A stretch of DNA of 54,209 nucleotides, the filler included, from Bipalium vagum (taxonomy: Eukaryota), in assembly GCA_037834085.1 (NCBI GenBank). It is 3 parts of 3 records of this genome, joined end to end, with 100 filler letters (N's around TTAATTAATTAA, not from the genome) between each part and the next. Parts side by side here need not be neighbours in the genome. Positions count along the whole stretch, not along the records: positions 1 to 19,663 come from JBBMKC010270534.1; positions 19,764 to 35,606 come from JBBMKC010142644.1; 1 more part is not named here. One strand, given 5' to 3'. The position numbers and the translations under genes are program-made. Numbering within the stretch: position 1 is the stretch's first letter; each line of letters opens with the position of its first letter. Positions 19,100-30,436 of the stretch are shown here, one piece after another. The notes under the pieces were generated by a model. That model searched no databases, was not told where the DNA came from, and saw nothing but the letters and a program-made list of their open reading frames with translations.

Positions 19100-19485
19100 G
19101 ATGATATTTAGAGTGCAGATTTAATATTTGTCTCAGGAGAAAGAGATTCGGTCACATGAGATGAATTATAAAATATTAACAGTTATTGATTTATACACAA
19201 GATATGCTTTTGCTGTTCCTTTAAAAATAAAACTGGAAAATCTATAACAGATGGTTTTGAAGAAATATTTGGAGAGTACCAAAGAAAACCTAAAAAATTC
19301 TGGGTTAATAAAGTTACTGAATTTTATAATAAAACATTTGAGGATTTTTGTGATGATAATGAAATAAAAATTTATTCAACAGAGAATGAAGGTAAAGCTA
19401 TAGTCTTTGATAGATGTAACAAAATTTTAAAGAAAATGATAAAAAAAATTTACGAAACAAGGTGACAGAAGATGGTTAAACTTAT
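19100..19485 (+). mobile_element. Polinton/Maverick retroviral-like (c-)integrase fragment
   Basis: YKILTVIDLYTRYAFAVPLK/KTGKSITDGFEEIF...RKPKKFWVNKVTEFYNKTFEDFCDDNEIKIYSTENEGKAIVFDRCNKILK is the Maverick integrase signature. Frameshifted, with catalytic residues mutated. Confidence 0.88.
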
Positions 19486-19663
19486 AACTAGGGCCCCCAA
19501 AAAAATTGACCTAAAAATCATTGAAATTGATCTAACGTTTTGACCTAATAATTACTAAAAATTGACCTATAAACTGTAAAATTTATAAATAAATCAAAAG
19601 AAAATTAAATATGAACAGTATTTATTTATTCACTACTCATATTACATGATTCATAACAATTTT

Positions 19664-19763
19664 NNNNNNNNNNNNNNNNNNNNNNNNNNNNNNNNNNNNN
19701 NNNNNNNTTAATTAATTAANNNNNNNNNNNNNNNNNNNNNNNNNNNNNNNNNNNNNNNNNNNN
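19664..19763. other. Assembly gap (44 N + TTAATTAATTAA + 44 N)
   Basis: N run with a central six-frame-stop linker. An identical structure is at 35607-35706. Confidence 0.97.
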
Positions 19764-20202
19764 CTGTATCATTCTTTATAAGAACCATTATAGATCGGGA
19801 CGATTGATTACTCAAGTACTTATCCATAACGATATAGATTGAAGTGATTATTTTCGCAACATGAGGCGGTTTATAGAAAATCTTGGCGAGACAATAATTT
19901 ATTTAGTATACATTTCTATTATATATTTCTGAATATTTTTCTATATATTTCTGCATAACCCTGTAAATCAAAAATTTATATATTTTTTAAATATTTTTTT
20001 AAATATTTTTTTTTTAAATATTTGTTTAAATATTTTATTTTTAACTGTTTTATGAACATAATAAACACAAATTAAAAACGATAGAGAAAAGATTTAAGTA
20101 TCAAAGAGAAACAGATATTGTTAAAATTATTCAATGATGATAAGTGTTGTACTCAATGCTTTCTATCATCAAAATATAATCTGGTACCTGATAAAAATGA
20201 TA

Positions 20203-20427
20203 TTGGGTTGTTCGGACAGTCACTTCACAAATTTTAATAAAAAGTAAGTCCAAAAGTTTTATTAGTAATAAATATTTAAATCAATGATGTATTGTTCTTT
20301 TTGTTCCAAGACTTTCTGCCATCTACTAGGCAACTTGAATATTCCAATCTTTAAAAGGACTTCAGTGTTTTAAATTAAGATTTAAAGATAGGTATAAAAA
20401 AGCGAAGTGACTTTTTGAATAACCAAT
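20203..20427 (-). mobile_element. Short mariner-derived MITE
   Basis: Imperfect inverted ends TTGGGTTGTTCGGACAGTCACTTC and GAAGTGACTTTTTGAATAACCAAT. The interior gives GIFKLPSRWQKVLEQKEQYIID, the mariner C-terminus. Confidence 0.7.
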
Positions 20428-20549
20428 TAACATTAACCGAATGATAACAATATACGAATCTACTAATTTTAATACTTAACTTATACGTCCATCTAAAATT
20501 ATGTTACAATAACAATAGTAATATAATAAGTTTATGTTTGAAAAAAAAA

Positions 20550-21530
20550 TCATAAATTGTTGTCTGTTTTCTTGAATAAATTAATAAATCATTCACAAAG
20601 TTTATTAATTTCTTCATATCGATACTACACAGCTATCCTTATGATCTGAAGTGCTTGTCTCATTTCAGAAGCAGAATTTATTACAGATTCTTTTATTTCA
20701 TATTCATTGAAGGATTCAGGTTCAGTTTGAGGTTTAGAAATTGGTTAGGTCTACTGTAGTCTGAATGTTTTCACCATTTGCTCTCCAATTCTGAAAGTAC
20801 TTTGGAGTAAAATCAAGCGTTTCGTCAGAAATTCACTTTTTTTATCCGTAGAAAATCCACCATATGTGAAACAATCCGAATGGTTTTCCCAGACACTTAA
20901 ATTACAGAGATATAAGATAGACCTCAAGTAAAATATCCATTTTACTGGCTAAATTATTGACTTCAATGTGTTCTAATATCCATCTTCTCAACTCAACGAT
21001 AATATGCTTTAAAATGTCATAGGATACATTGATGACAGTAAAAAAAAACCTGTGTCATCATCGTTGTAAATATTATCAGATGAATATTCTGCTTTAATCT
21101 TTGACTATTCATTCTTAATACTATGATTTACAGTCGATACATCGGCTTCATTTCGTTCGCCTTGATTACATTTACAGGTCTCGAGTTTTTTCCAGTTATT
21201 AAACCAACCGTTTGTAGCAACAAAATTTTCTCTATCCCGAAGTCTTACAAGTTCTTCAGTAAAATATTTTTCACTTACACCAGTAAATCAAAGTTTTAAT
21301 GCTGATTCGATCTGTTCATCTTTACCACATTGGGGTTTTTTGATTTTGACATTATTATTTCTTGCGGTCTTCATGATATGTTCTTTATTTTTAAGAATCT
21401 TATAAATTAATCTTAATCAAAATTTCAGCTGCATCACGTTTCATTTTTGACAATTTAAGATAATTTTCTAAGATTTGAAGCTTTTTTTTAAATTTAAACC
21501 TTTTTTGTCTTCACATCTGTCACATAAATT
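20550..21530 (-). mobile_element. pogo/Tigger (CENP-B-like) transposase remnant
   Basis: Minus-strand fragments KKGLNLKKKLQILE, NFVATNGWFNNWKK, AEYSSDNIYNDDDTGFF (cf. Y..DIYNADETGLF) and the C-terminal KQTTIYDFF. Confidence 0.75.
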
Positions 21531-23213
21531 ATGAATAAACCATTAAATAATTTTATAAATTATATTGGCTCAAATTAAATTAAATGCAGACAATGATAAC
21601 ATTAACCATGATATCAATAAGCGTCCTCTATTCTATTAATAATTTAAATACATTTGGCACTGGATTATTTGAACATGTGGGGATTTCAAATAAATTACAA
21701 AAAAATGTACTAAGATTTATTTTTTAAACAAATCAATGATTTTTCAATTTGATTTGAATTTCAATTGAAATATTATTAAGATTTTTAAATCGAACCTGTT
21801 ACATTGGCCACCTGTTGAAATTGGCCAGATTAATTGATAACTTGGAAAATTGATATTCGCTTAATAGAAAAAACCTAAATTTAATTTATTGTTTAAGGAA
21901 GAATTTTATATTGAGGAATTTCATCTCCATTATCGATTCTATCTTGAAATATAATTTCTTGATTTTAGTTGACCTTTTGTTTTACAAGTTATCAATCGGC
22001 ATCGACATCTCATAATTAATAATCACGAATTGCATATTCCATTGAAAATTTTAGAAATTTTCTTAAAATTTATCCTTTTTCCTTCAGTAAATAATTCATG
22101 TTCAAAATACAAAAAATAATCAATACACAATTTTTAATGATCACATTTACACGCACAATATTAAAGAAATGATGGTAGTGGGCATTGAAAAGCAATATTT
22201 ATTTATAATATATATTTATAAAAGTCCAGAAAATTAAAAACTCAAAAACAGAGCTAAACAACCAGGGTTAAAAAGATATTCAAATTCAATCAAATTGAAG
22301 AACAAAAACAACTTTATGAGGTGAATTGATTTCGTACATAGTTTAAATAAAATGTTATGAATAAATAACTAATATTAATTAAAAATTAACTAATATTAAT
22401 CACACACAACACTAACAAAAGGCTACCAACCGACAGACCGAATAATTAAATATTTAAACATTTCGACCTTGATTACAGTATAAATTTTAAATATCATTTA
22501 AAGATCGGAGATTGTTTGTATGTTATTTTAGTTAGCATGGGAGACCACCATTTTCTTTATCAATTATTATAATTTCTCTCTATTTTTCTGTTCAATCAAT
22601 TTCGATTTGATTTTAAAATCGAAAGAGTCAGTATTGCACTTTGATTTATATTAATAATATTACGGGAAATATATACGATAATAGTAAAAAGATAATAATA
22701 ATTATCGTTATTATTACCAACTATTATTATTAATATAAGTTAGTAATATTTATATTATTATTTTTTGTTCATTCCTGTTTATTAATGATGAGGAATTGAA
22801 GTTTATTTTATCAATTCTCTTTCAATACCCATTATTGATTATTTTCCGATAGTCACGCGCTAGAAATATGCGACACTTTCGCGTTCTATTCAATGGCCTC
22901 CAAAAGACCTCATCTCCTTGCTGAATGTTTTCACGGTCTCGCTAGTCAACAGGCTCCTCCTTTAGGTCCTGCCAGAAAACGAATGCGTCAAGGCTAAAAA
23001 ATTTCAATTTATCCTTGTGAATTTATTTTTAGGCTTCAAAGGGGACTATGCATTTACGAGTCCTGGATTTTACTGGTAACACATGTCATTATTTCCTGAA
23101 TTTTGTTCCATTTTGTAAAGACTATGTTATCTATGAATTCAACTATTACTATTATTATTATAAATTATTATTATTATTCAAAATTGTTGTTAAACCATAT
23201 TTTTATTAATCTA

Positions 23214-23278
<65 letters not shown>
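23214..23278. repeat. (TAT)n microsatellite, about 21 units
   Basis: Uninterrupted ATT/TAT run, directly visible. Confidence 0.95.
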
Positions 23279-23280
<2 letters not shown>

Positions 23281-24039
23281 CAATATTATTGTTACTAAAA
23301 CTACTTCTAATTGGTAGTAATTTATATTTGTATTGCCGGGTTAGCGCATGTCTTCATTCAGATGCAATTTTCCATTGAAATAATTTAGATATTTTTAAAT
23401 GTTGAAGTGTTATTCAATAATACACTTACTTTGGTTCAATATTTTAAAGATTTTTTTAGGTGAAATGAGTTTGAATCCATTCAATTTTATTCATTTTTGA
23501 AATGTTTTAATATTGGTTTTATTGAATTTGCAAAGAAGTTTAGATTCACTTTCGAAAAAATCGAATTTAATACATGAATTTGTTGAAAAATACCAATTAG
23601 AAGAGCAATAAAATAATTGGAATTCAGATGGGAAAGTAAAAACTTTATTTTAAAATTTTTTTACATCAATAGAAAAAATTACATTACTAATTTACAAAAT
23701 TTATTAAAGTTTGTTGATTTTCACTTCAATATATTAAATTAAAATCCAATCATTAAAAGAAGTTAGTAAAATAAATGGCATCTCAGTGTTGGAGTCCAGT
23801 ACCCGAATTGCAAAGAATATAAAATATTTATGATATGGGATTTTGTTATTAAGTAAATGTAGTTAGAGTGAACTCGCGATAATAAGAAACTTCTTGGTGA
23901 CAAATATTTTTAAAAATTATTTTGTATTAAATTAAAGTTGATTATATCGAAAAAAGGTAGCATAAATTTCAACAGGATAAATTATTAAATGAAATAGGTA
24001 AAATTATTCGAAATTATTTGTTTGAATTTTTTTAGAAAT

Positions 24040-24448
24040 ATTGAGATAGTTAAAAGTTGTATTCCAAATCTTTTTGTAAAGTGTGATAACCAACCATCGC
24101 TAAATGAAATATTAAAATCAGAACTATTTTTATTGTACATATTTTTTGCTTGATTCTTTAACATTTGATTAGTGAAATGTTTTTTGAATTTCTTTCATGC
24201 ATAAACCATTCATATACATTTTCTTCTAACTCAGGGTGTTTGGATAACCTTATCATGCTTTGTGATATTTTAAAGTTACATCGAGAAGATTTATTTAGGA
24301 TGATTTCTTTTTCTCAACAATTTTGGTGATTGATTTTGCAATTCCATATTAAGCATATGTTTATGGACCTTTACCCTTTATTTAATTCATCTAATAGTAT
24401 TAACATTTTATCATTTATTTAGATTGAAGATCTCTTTTGTTTTGTCAT
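24040..24448 (-). mobile_element. pogo/Tigger N-terminal HTH fragment
   Basis: MTKQKRSSI..DKMLILLDELNKG...RLSKHPELEENVYEWFMHER...FSDGWLSHFTKRFGI matches the CENP-B HTH_psq and HTH_Tnp_Tc5 motifs, with stops. Confidence 0.78.
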
Positions 24449-24949
24449 ATTTAGCCTAAAAAATATAATTATACATTAAAATAAATAATTTTAAAATTGC
24501 AAACTTTTATTGGACCTCAACAAAATTATTAAAATTAAGTTAAAAATATTATTTTAAAATACATCTATAAGTGTCCAGATGGTTTATCTCTACAGTTACA
24601 AAATGTTTATCGCTAGGCTCACCACCTCCCTCAAAGGAAGTTTAAATAATAAAAGAATTACGAATAAATCACGCTATTTGAAAATTAAGCTATATTTTTT
24701 ATCAAAATCAAAAAGTTGGCTTTATACGTATTTATATTTTAATGAATACAATTAAGAGTCAATTGTGGGTACTTGCAAATTCTACTATTATAGAAATTTC
24801 CATATATAGGAACGATCCCACATTATCCATTTATGAAAATTTGTCCGGTTTTTTTAAATATTAAATAATCACGTTTGTTGGGTTTTTAATAAATTGTTTT
24901 AACCAACAACTTGTGTACTTCATTATTTATTTATAAAACAACAAATGTT

Positions 24950-25640
24950 AGTTATAATATTTTTAAACATAAATTACAACATCACACAGTTTAAGAATTA
25001 TTATAAAACCTTATTACTCCATATTTACAGAACAATTCTAAAAATGGATGAGATTTTCTTATTTTAAATCGAGACATTTTTAAATTTAATTTTAGAAAAA
25101 TATTTTTACTCTTTTTGTAAAGGCCGTAGTATAAACCATTTTCTTGTTTTATAATTTTAATTCTATTTTTAAAGTTTTTGTAATATTTCTTTTAAATTCT
25201 TTTTTTGAATATCTATATCCTTTTCCAAAAAAAATATGGGTCAAAAAAGAGTCGCTAGTCCTTAATCTTTAGTTGGATCAAAGTATAAACCCGCTCCAGT
25301 TCAAAAGATTCGTCTGATTTCGGTTTAGTTACGGTTGTATCAGCTTTACTGAGTTTATCAATTTCCATGTTTAACTTCGTTTTTTCTAAATCTGTTTTTT
25401 GTGCTTCTTTTGCTTTTTGTACTGCTTTTGCAACTCCTCCAGTTGCAACTAAACCTACAAAGATTGTTCCACAGATTGAAATTAGTGGAATAAGTCCACC
25501 TTCTCTTTCATCATCTCCTCTCTCTAATTTCATAAATTATTTTTTTAGATAGATAATAATTTTCACCATTAACAGTTATATATTTCGGTTTTCCAACATC
25601 AATAATACTTTTTAATTTTCTTCAGTAATTCAGTCATTTT
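24950..25640 (-). mobile_element. Polinton/Maverick remnant: pX-like core protein ORF and protease tail
   Basis: ORF 25255..25533 contains EGGLIPLISICGTIFVGLVATGGVAKAVQKAKE, a GG(F/L)(L/I)PL cleavage-type motif plus Gly/Ala hydrophobic stretch. Downstream are KSHPFLELF and FYNNS...CCNLCL. Alignable at DNA level with 46840-47640. Confidence 0.7.
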
Positions 25641-26637
25641 TATAAAAAATAATTTCGTTATAATTATAATAAATAAAAATATTTTTATTTTACACTTTAT
25701 TGTATTAATTAAACAAAAAACATTTATCCAACGAAGTTTTTAGGGTCTTCGACCGATCCAATGAAAATGAAACATGTCTCATTCAAAAGAGCACTATCAG
25801 GTTTCAAAAAATTTGAATATTAAAAAAATTGAATAATTAAAAAATTATTAAAAAAAAGAATATGGTTTTTCTGATAGATCTTTATAAGTAGCTTAATATT
25901 TCTTCAACAAAATTTTAACAAGTATTTTAGTTTCTTTTTAATTAGGCTACATGTGAAATTTGAATAATCTTCAATTTTAATAATTATGAAATTTATTTTA
26001 CGCCTATCAGAAAAAACATCATAAAAATTACACAGACAAAAAAATACAACTTAATATCTTATAAAGGAAAAAAGTTATTAGCCGTGAAAAATTGGGGAAA
26101 AATACATGTAAAATTCAATATCTTATTGAGATAGAAAAGTCCGTTAATCCGAGATGTTTTAAAAATTTCGATAAATCTTCTAAAGGATTTTATATATTTT
26201 TAAAATTTTATTTTATTATTTGCCACAAATTTGCCAAGACACAAAAACGGCAAATAAGAGAACATTTACTGTATTTAAATACTTTATCGATTTCGTTTTA
26301 CATTGTGTATTGTGTTTTGCAGTTATGTATTTTCTCTTAAACGTTCATCCTTAAATCTGATGATAATAAGCTTTGTTAAGTTTTCTAAAGTCCCAGTATC
26401 GATTTCCTTAATCCCATTCTCTCATTAATTTCTAGAAGCTTAACTAATTCAAATCTATACAACTTATTTGATTAAAAAAATTCATATATATTTTTACAGG
26501 AAATTTTATGAAACCAAATAATTTTGATGAAGACCTTTCCTGTAGTCTCAACTACTCAAAAACAAAAAGATAAACAAATATTTTTAGATCTTTTACATTA
26601 TAAGATTGTTTAAATGGACGAAATAATATTTATTACA

Positions 26638-27396
26638 CTAAATAAATGCTTTGTAATTCTGCTTTCTTGAAAAAGGAAAATTTCCTTCCATCTTATTAAT
26701 AAAATCTGATTTAGTATTAAAATATTTCTTCTTTGCCACCATTACAGTCTTTTCGAAATTGGACTTTATGTAAGAAGTATTGAAAAGGTTAAGCTTTGTC
26801 ACCAGTTTCTCTTCCCATTTATTGTTTTCCTTTAATTTCTTCAGTTTTTCGATAAGACCAGTGGATTGAGCTTCCTTGTTATCAGAATCGTCTTTTAAGC
26901 TTATCTCAACGAATTTGTTTGGATCGTTTATTCTTGACAATTTAATTTCTTTCTCAGGTAAGGGATCAGTAAAATAATTCTTCTCTGGTTCTGGTAATAA
27001 TAATAATAATTCATCTTTGCACTTATTTTCCATTTCAATATCCGATTTAATTGGGGGCAATTCTTTTTCTTTTTCATCCTCTTTTCTTTTAATTAAATTC
27101 TTTTTCAAAGTTAGTTTAGAAAAGAGATAATTTAATAATCTTCGGAAATGGTAAAGACCCCTCTTCACTCGTTCAATGATGGAAAGTAAATAAATAAAAA
27201 TAACAAAGACTAATGACACAATCAAAATGCCGATCAAAATCTTTTCAATCATAATTCCTAATTTGGAATGATTCTCCTTGATGACGTTGTGGTTTTTTGA
27301 TTGTTCAAGTGAGGCACATGAAACCTTTTCAATACCAAGAAATAAATATAATAGTACCGAAAAAATAAAATGTAGATAATCTTGTTTGTTATTCAT
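26638..27396 (-). CDS. Orphan 252-aa single-pass membrane protein (signal peptide + TM + charged tail)
   Basis: Intronless 759-nt ATG ORF in very AT-rich DNA. N-terminal hydrophobic segment YLHFIFSVLLYLFLGIEKVSCA, second segment ILIGILIVSLVFVIFIYLLSII followed by basic ERVKRG. No known domain recognised. Confidence 0.7.
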   Translation of the reverse strand: MNNKQDYLHFIFSVLLYLFLGIEKVSCASLEQSKNHNVIKENHSKLGIMIEKILIGILIVSLVFVIFIYLLSIIERVKRGLYHFRRLLNYLFSKLTLKKNLIKRKEDEKEKELPPIKSDIEMENKCKDELLLLLPEPEKNYFTDPLPEKEIKLSRINDPNKFVEISLKDDSDNKEAQSTGLIEKLKKLKENNKWEEKLVTKLNLFNTSYIKSNFEKTVMVAKKKYFNTKSDFINKMEGNFPFSRKQNYKAFI

Positions 27397-28023
27397 TTGA
27401 TTTCAAATATTTATTTATTAATATTTCTTTTTTAAAAACAAATTTAATTAAATACTTTTATAATATTATTTGTGAATTAAAAAATAAAATAAAAAGAAGT
27501 TTTCTAAAATAGTATAATAAAAATTAAAATTAAATTAAACTATCCTAAAATGTTAATTAAAATTTAATTAATTACTATTAAATTTAAATAAAGTTTTAAT
27601 GATAATAATAACTTTTAAAAATTAGTAAGAACTTAATTAAAAACAATTAAATTAATAAAAAGTATTTATTATTAGCTATATTAAATCTTTTAAAACAATT
27701 AATTAGGTTATATCATCAAGTTTCACAAATTACTATATTTTTAATATTAATATTTGTTTGAAGTGATATTAATATTTAAAAGTTCCCATAAAAAATTAAA
27801 ATATAATTAATTAATTTTGCTTTATTCATATTTTTCAATTATATTATAATAATATAAAATTGTTAAAATTAAAAAAATAATACTAATATAAAATACCAAA
27901 TAATTGCTAAATAAATAAATATTTAATTTAATTTTAATTATTAAAATTAAAAATATCAAAATTTTTAAATATTAATATATATCATTATGAAAATGTACTT
28001 ATATAAAATTTTCTTTAACATTT

Positions 28024-28965
28024 TGTTGGGTTTACTCAAAACACCTACCCTTTCCAAATGAAAATTATAAAATTGTGCTCAAAATAACAAGAATAATAAT
28101 AATTGTGAAATTGTGCACAAAAAGACAAAAATAATAATAATAATCATAATAATAATTTTAGCTAATTGAAAATGCAAATAGACAATAATTTTTTTTTGGG
28201 ATCTAATCTTGACAATGGCGAACATAAATTACCAAGATTAGATCAGGATCCGCAAGGAGGGACCGATTTATGATTAATGATCCTAAAAGGGAATTGACAT
28301 TTCTCATTGATAAAATTGGTCTACGACTGATAAGAAGAAGGATTTTAGCATAAATTCGCCCACAATAGAAAGTAACATTTGGAATTAACTCTTTAGAAGA
28401 GACAGATTCAAGACATTTGTTGATATTCGCAGAGATTCAAACCAGAAGACAGATTCAAGACATTCGTTGAGATTCGCAGAGATTCAAACCAGAAGAGATT
28501 CGTTAATATTCAGAAGACTATAATTCTAAAGTATATTTTTAATGCATTCAGTCCTGGGATTGTGTTTGAGTTCCGCACCAGAGGACTATTTCTGAGCAAT
28601 TGTAACGGCTCAGCTAATCGTCCGGGAAGCCTAAACGAAGATGACTCGTAAGCTTGTTCCAATATTTTTCTTATTATTATCAACTTAATCTTAATATTTC
28701 ATATAAATTTGATTGTTGATTAACTTTAAGTATCTATTTGTGTTTCGTGACTCGTTATTATTATTAACTTTTGTGTTTGATCGACTACACGAGACAATTA
28801 CAGACCTTATTGTGATTCCTTTCTCTTGAGTTTGACGAATTTTTGTGCTATTGTGATTTCGTGTGAAGTGTTATAAATACAAGTTATTGCTTTACTGATT
28901 GCTATGTTTTTTGCACCACCTAAGAGTTGGAGTGAGGTTTAACTTTGATACACTAAATAGTGAAC
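28024..28965. mobile_element. Candidate solo LTR or noncoding dispersed repeat
   Basis: Noncoding and GC-richer than its flanks. Possible TGTT...AACA termini, an internal 47-nt tandem duplication, and a hairpin segment that recurs inverted at 48046-48098. No TSD found, so boundaries are uncertain. Confidence 0.35.
28400..28496. repeat. 47-nt tandem repeat, about 2 copies
   Basis: AGACAGATTCAAGACATT(T/C)GTTGA(T/G)ATTCGCAGAGATTCAAACCAGA starts at 28400 and again at 28447. Confidence 0.9.
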
Positions 28966-30436
28966 ATTAGAATTAGATATCAATCCCTTGAATTTATCTA
29001 TCTTGGCGAATTTCTGTTCCTGCAGCCTCTACTACCTCAAAGACTCTTTTCAATAGAAGGTTATTTGTCGTCATTAAGAAGATCAAATGTTAGCCCAATG
29101 TATTTGAGAGAAAGAACTTTATCTGTAATAAAGTTTAAATAAATTTTCATTTATTTTTTACAAAGAAATTTTGTAACCATGATCTAGTGTTACCTAGTAC
29201 ACATAGTTGACCGACCTAGTTTAATATTTACATTTTATTAGACTTCATTTAGTTCTTAAATTATGTAACATGTATGCATGAGACATTAGCATCAAAATTC
29301 ACCCAAAATGGTTATCACACAATATCAAGCAAAACTATTTACATAAATTAAAAAGAAATTCACTTCCATCAAAATTTTACCATTGGATAAAATATTTGTA
29401 TTACCGATTTTTTGAACATAAAATTCTGAAAAAATATCAATATAATGACTGAGACCGACAAGGAATTGTCGGTGGACAATAAGCCACTTAATTATCTAAA
29501 TTTCGAACAATAAATGTTATAATTATGGTAATTAAAACCAGCTATAAAATATATTATAAGGCACTGTAGCAGTGTGTTGTGTTTCATTCTCCTTGATAAT
29601 TAGAATTCATCGCAAGTTATTTTATAACCCAAGATAATCACAATCATCCAAAACTAGTTTGCTAATTTAGCAAGCATCTCGCTCAAATTCAAACGCGTCA
29701 GACATGTGCCACAATAAATAACTTCAAAAAATAACATTACAAAGTCAGACTATAAATATATATTAAAATTACAGCGATTTTGTTAAAAATTTAACTTAAC
29801 CTTAAATAACCTTCTTAATTTTTTAATTCGAACCAACGAATTAAAATTAAGTTCAAATCATATCGTTTGCTAATCAGAACATCCCCCATAAATTATTTTA
29901 TCAATATTCCATTAATAATTGTTGATAACCGTAGTCTAAACTCGTTTCCAATTGAGAAATGTGAAAAACCTTTTTCTAAAAACAAAATTTCTCTGAAAGA
30001 ACCGGCGAGAATACAATTAATTTTCTCTATTATTGATAAATAACCATTGGTAATAAAAAAAATTTCTAGAAGAAAATTTTAAAATTAAAATAGTAAAAAC
30101 GAAAAGCCCAAGACAAAAACCACATTTTTCGTTTGAAACTAACGCGATGAGCACAAAAAATCAATCAGACCTCAAAAAACATAGATTTTCAGCCAGATCA
30201 ATATCTACACAAAATATCACATAGAAATTCCAATAAAGAGACGGAGAAAAATTAACGTAATTCAATAAGAGAATTCAATAAAGCGAAAGAACATCAAGAA
30301 ACACCATTCCAAGAACCTGGGATTGATTTATCGATTGATATACCGATATATCTATTGATTGAACTGATCGATTGATAGAGACAAATTGAAAGAGACTGAG
30401 AGTCAGAGAGAGATGGGATAGACCTTCGGAGTCGTC

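Noticed and set aside
19664-19763. Palindromic TTAATTAATTAA inside N runs (also 35607-35706)
   Set aside because: It is identical and centred in two 100-nt gaps, so it is an artificial six-frame-stop scaffolding linker and not biology.
23330-23810. Possible hAT remnant (CAGTGTTG terminus near 23784)
   Set aside because: No convincing transposase motif or second terminus was found.
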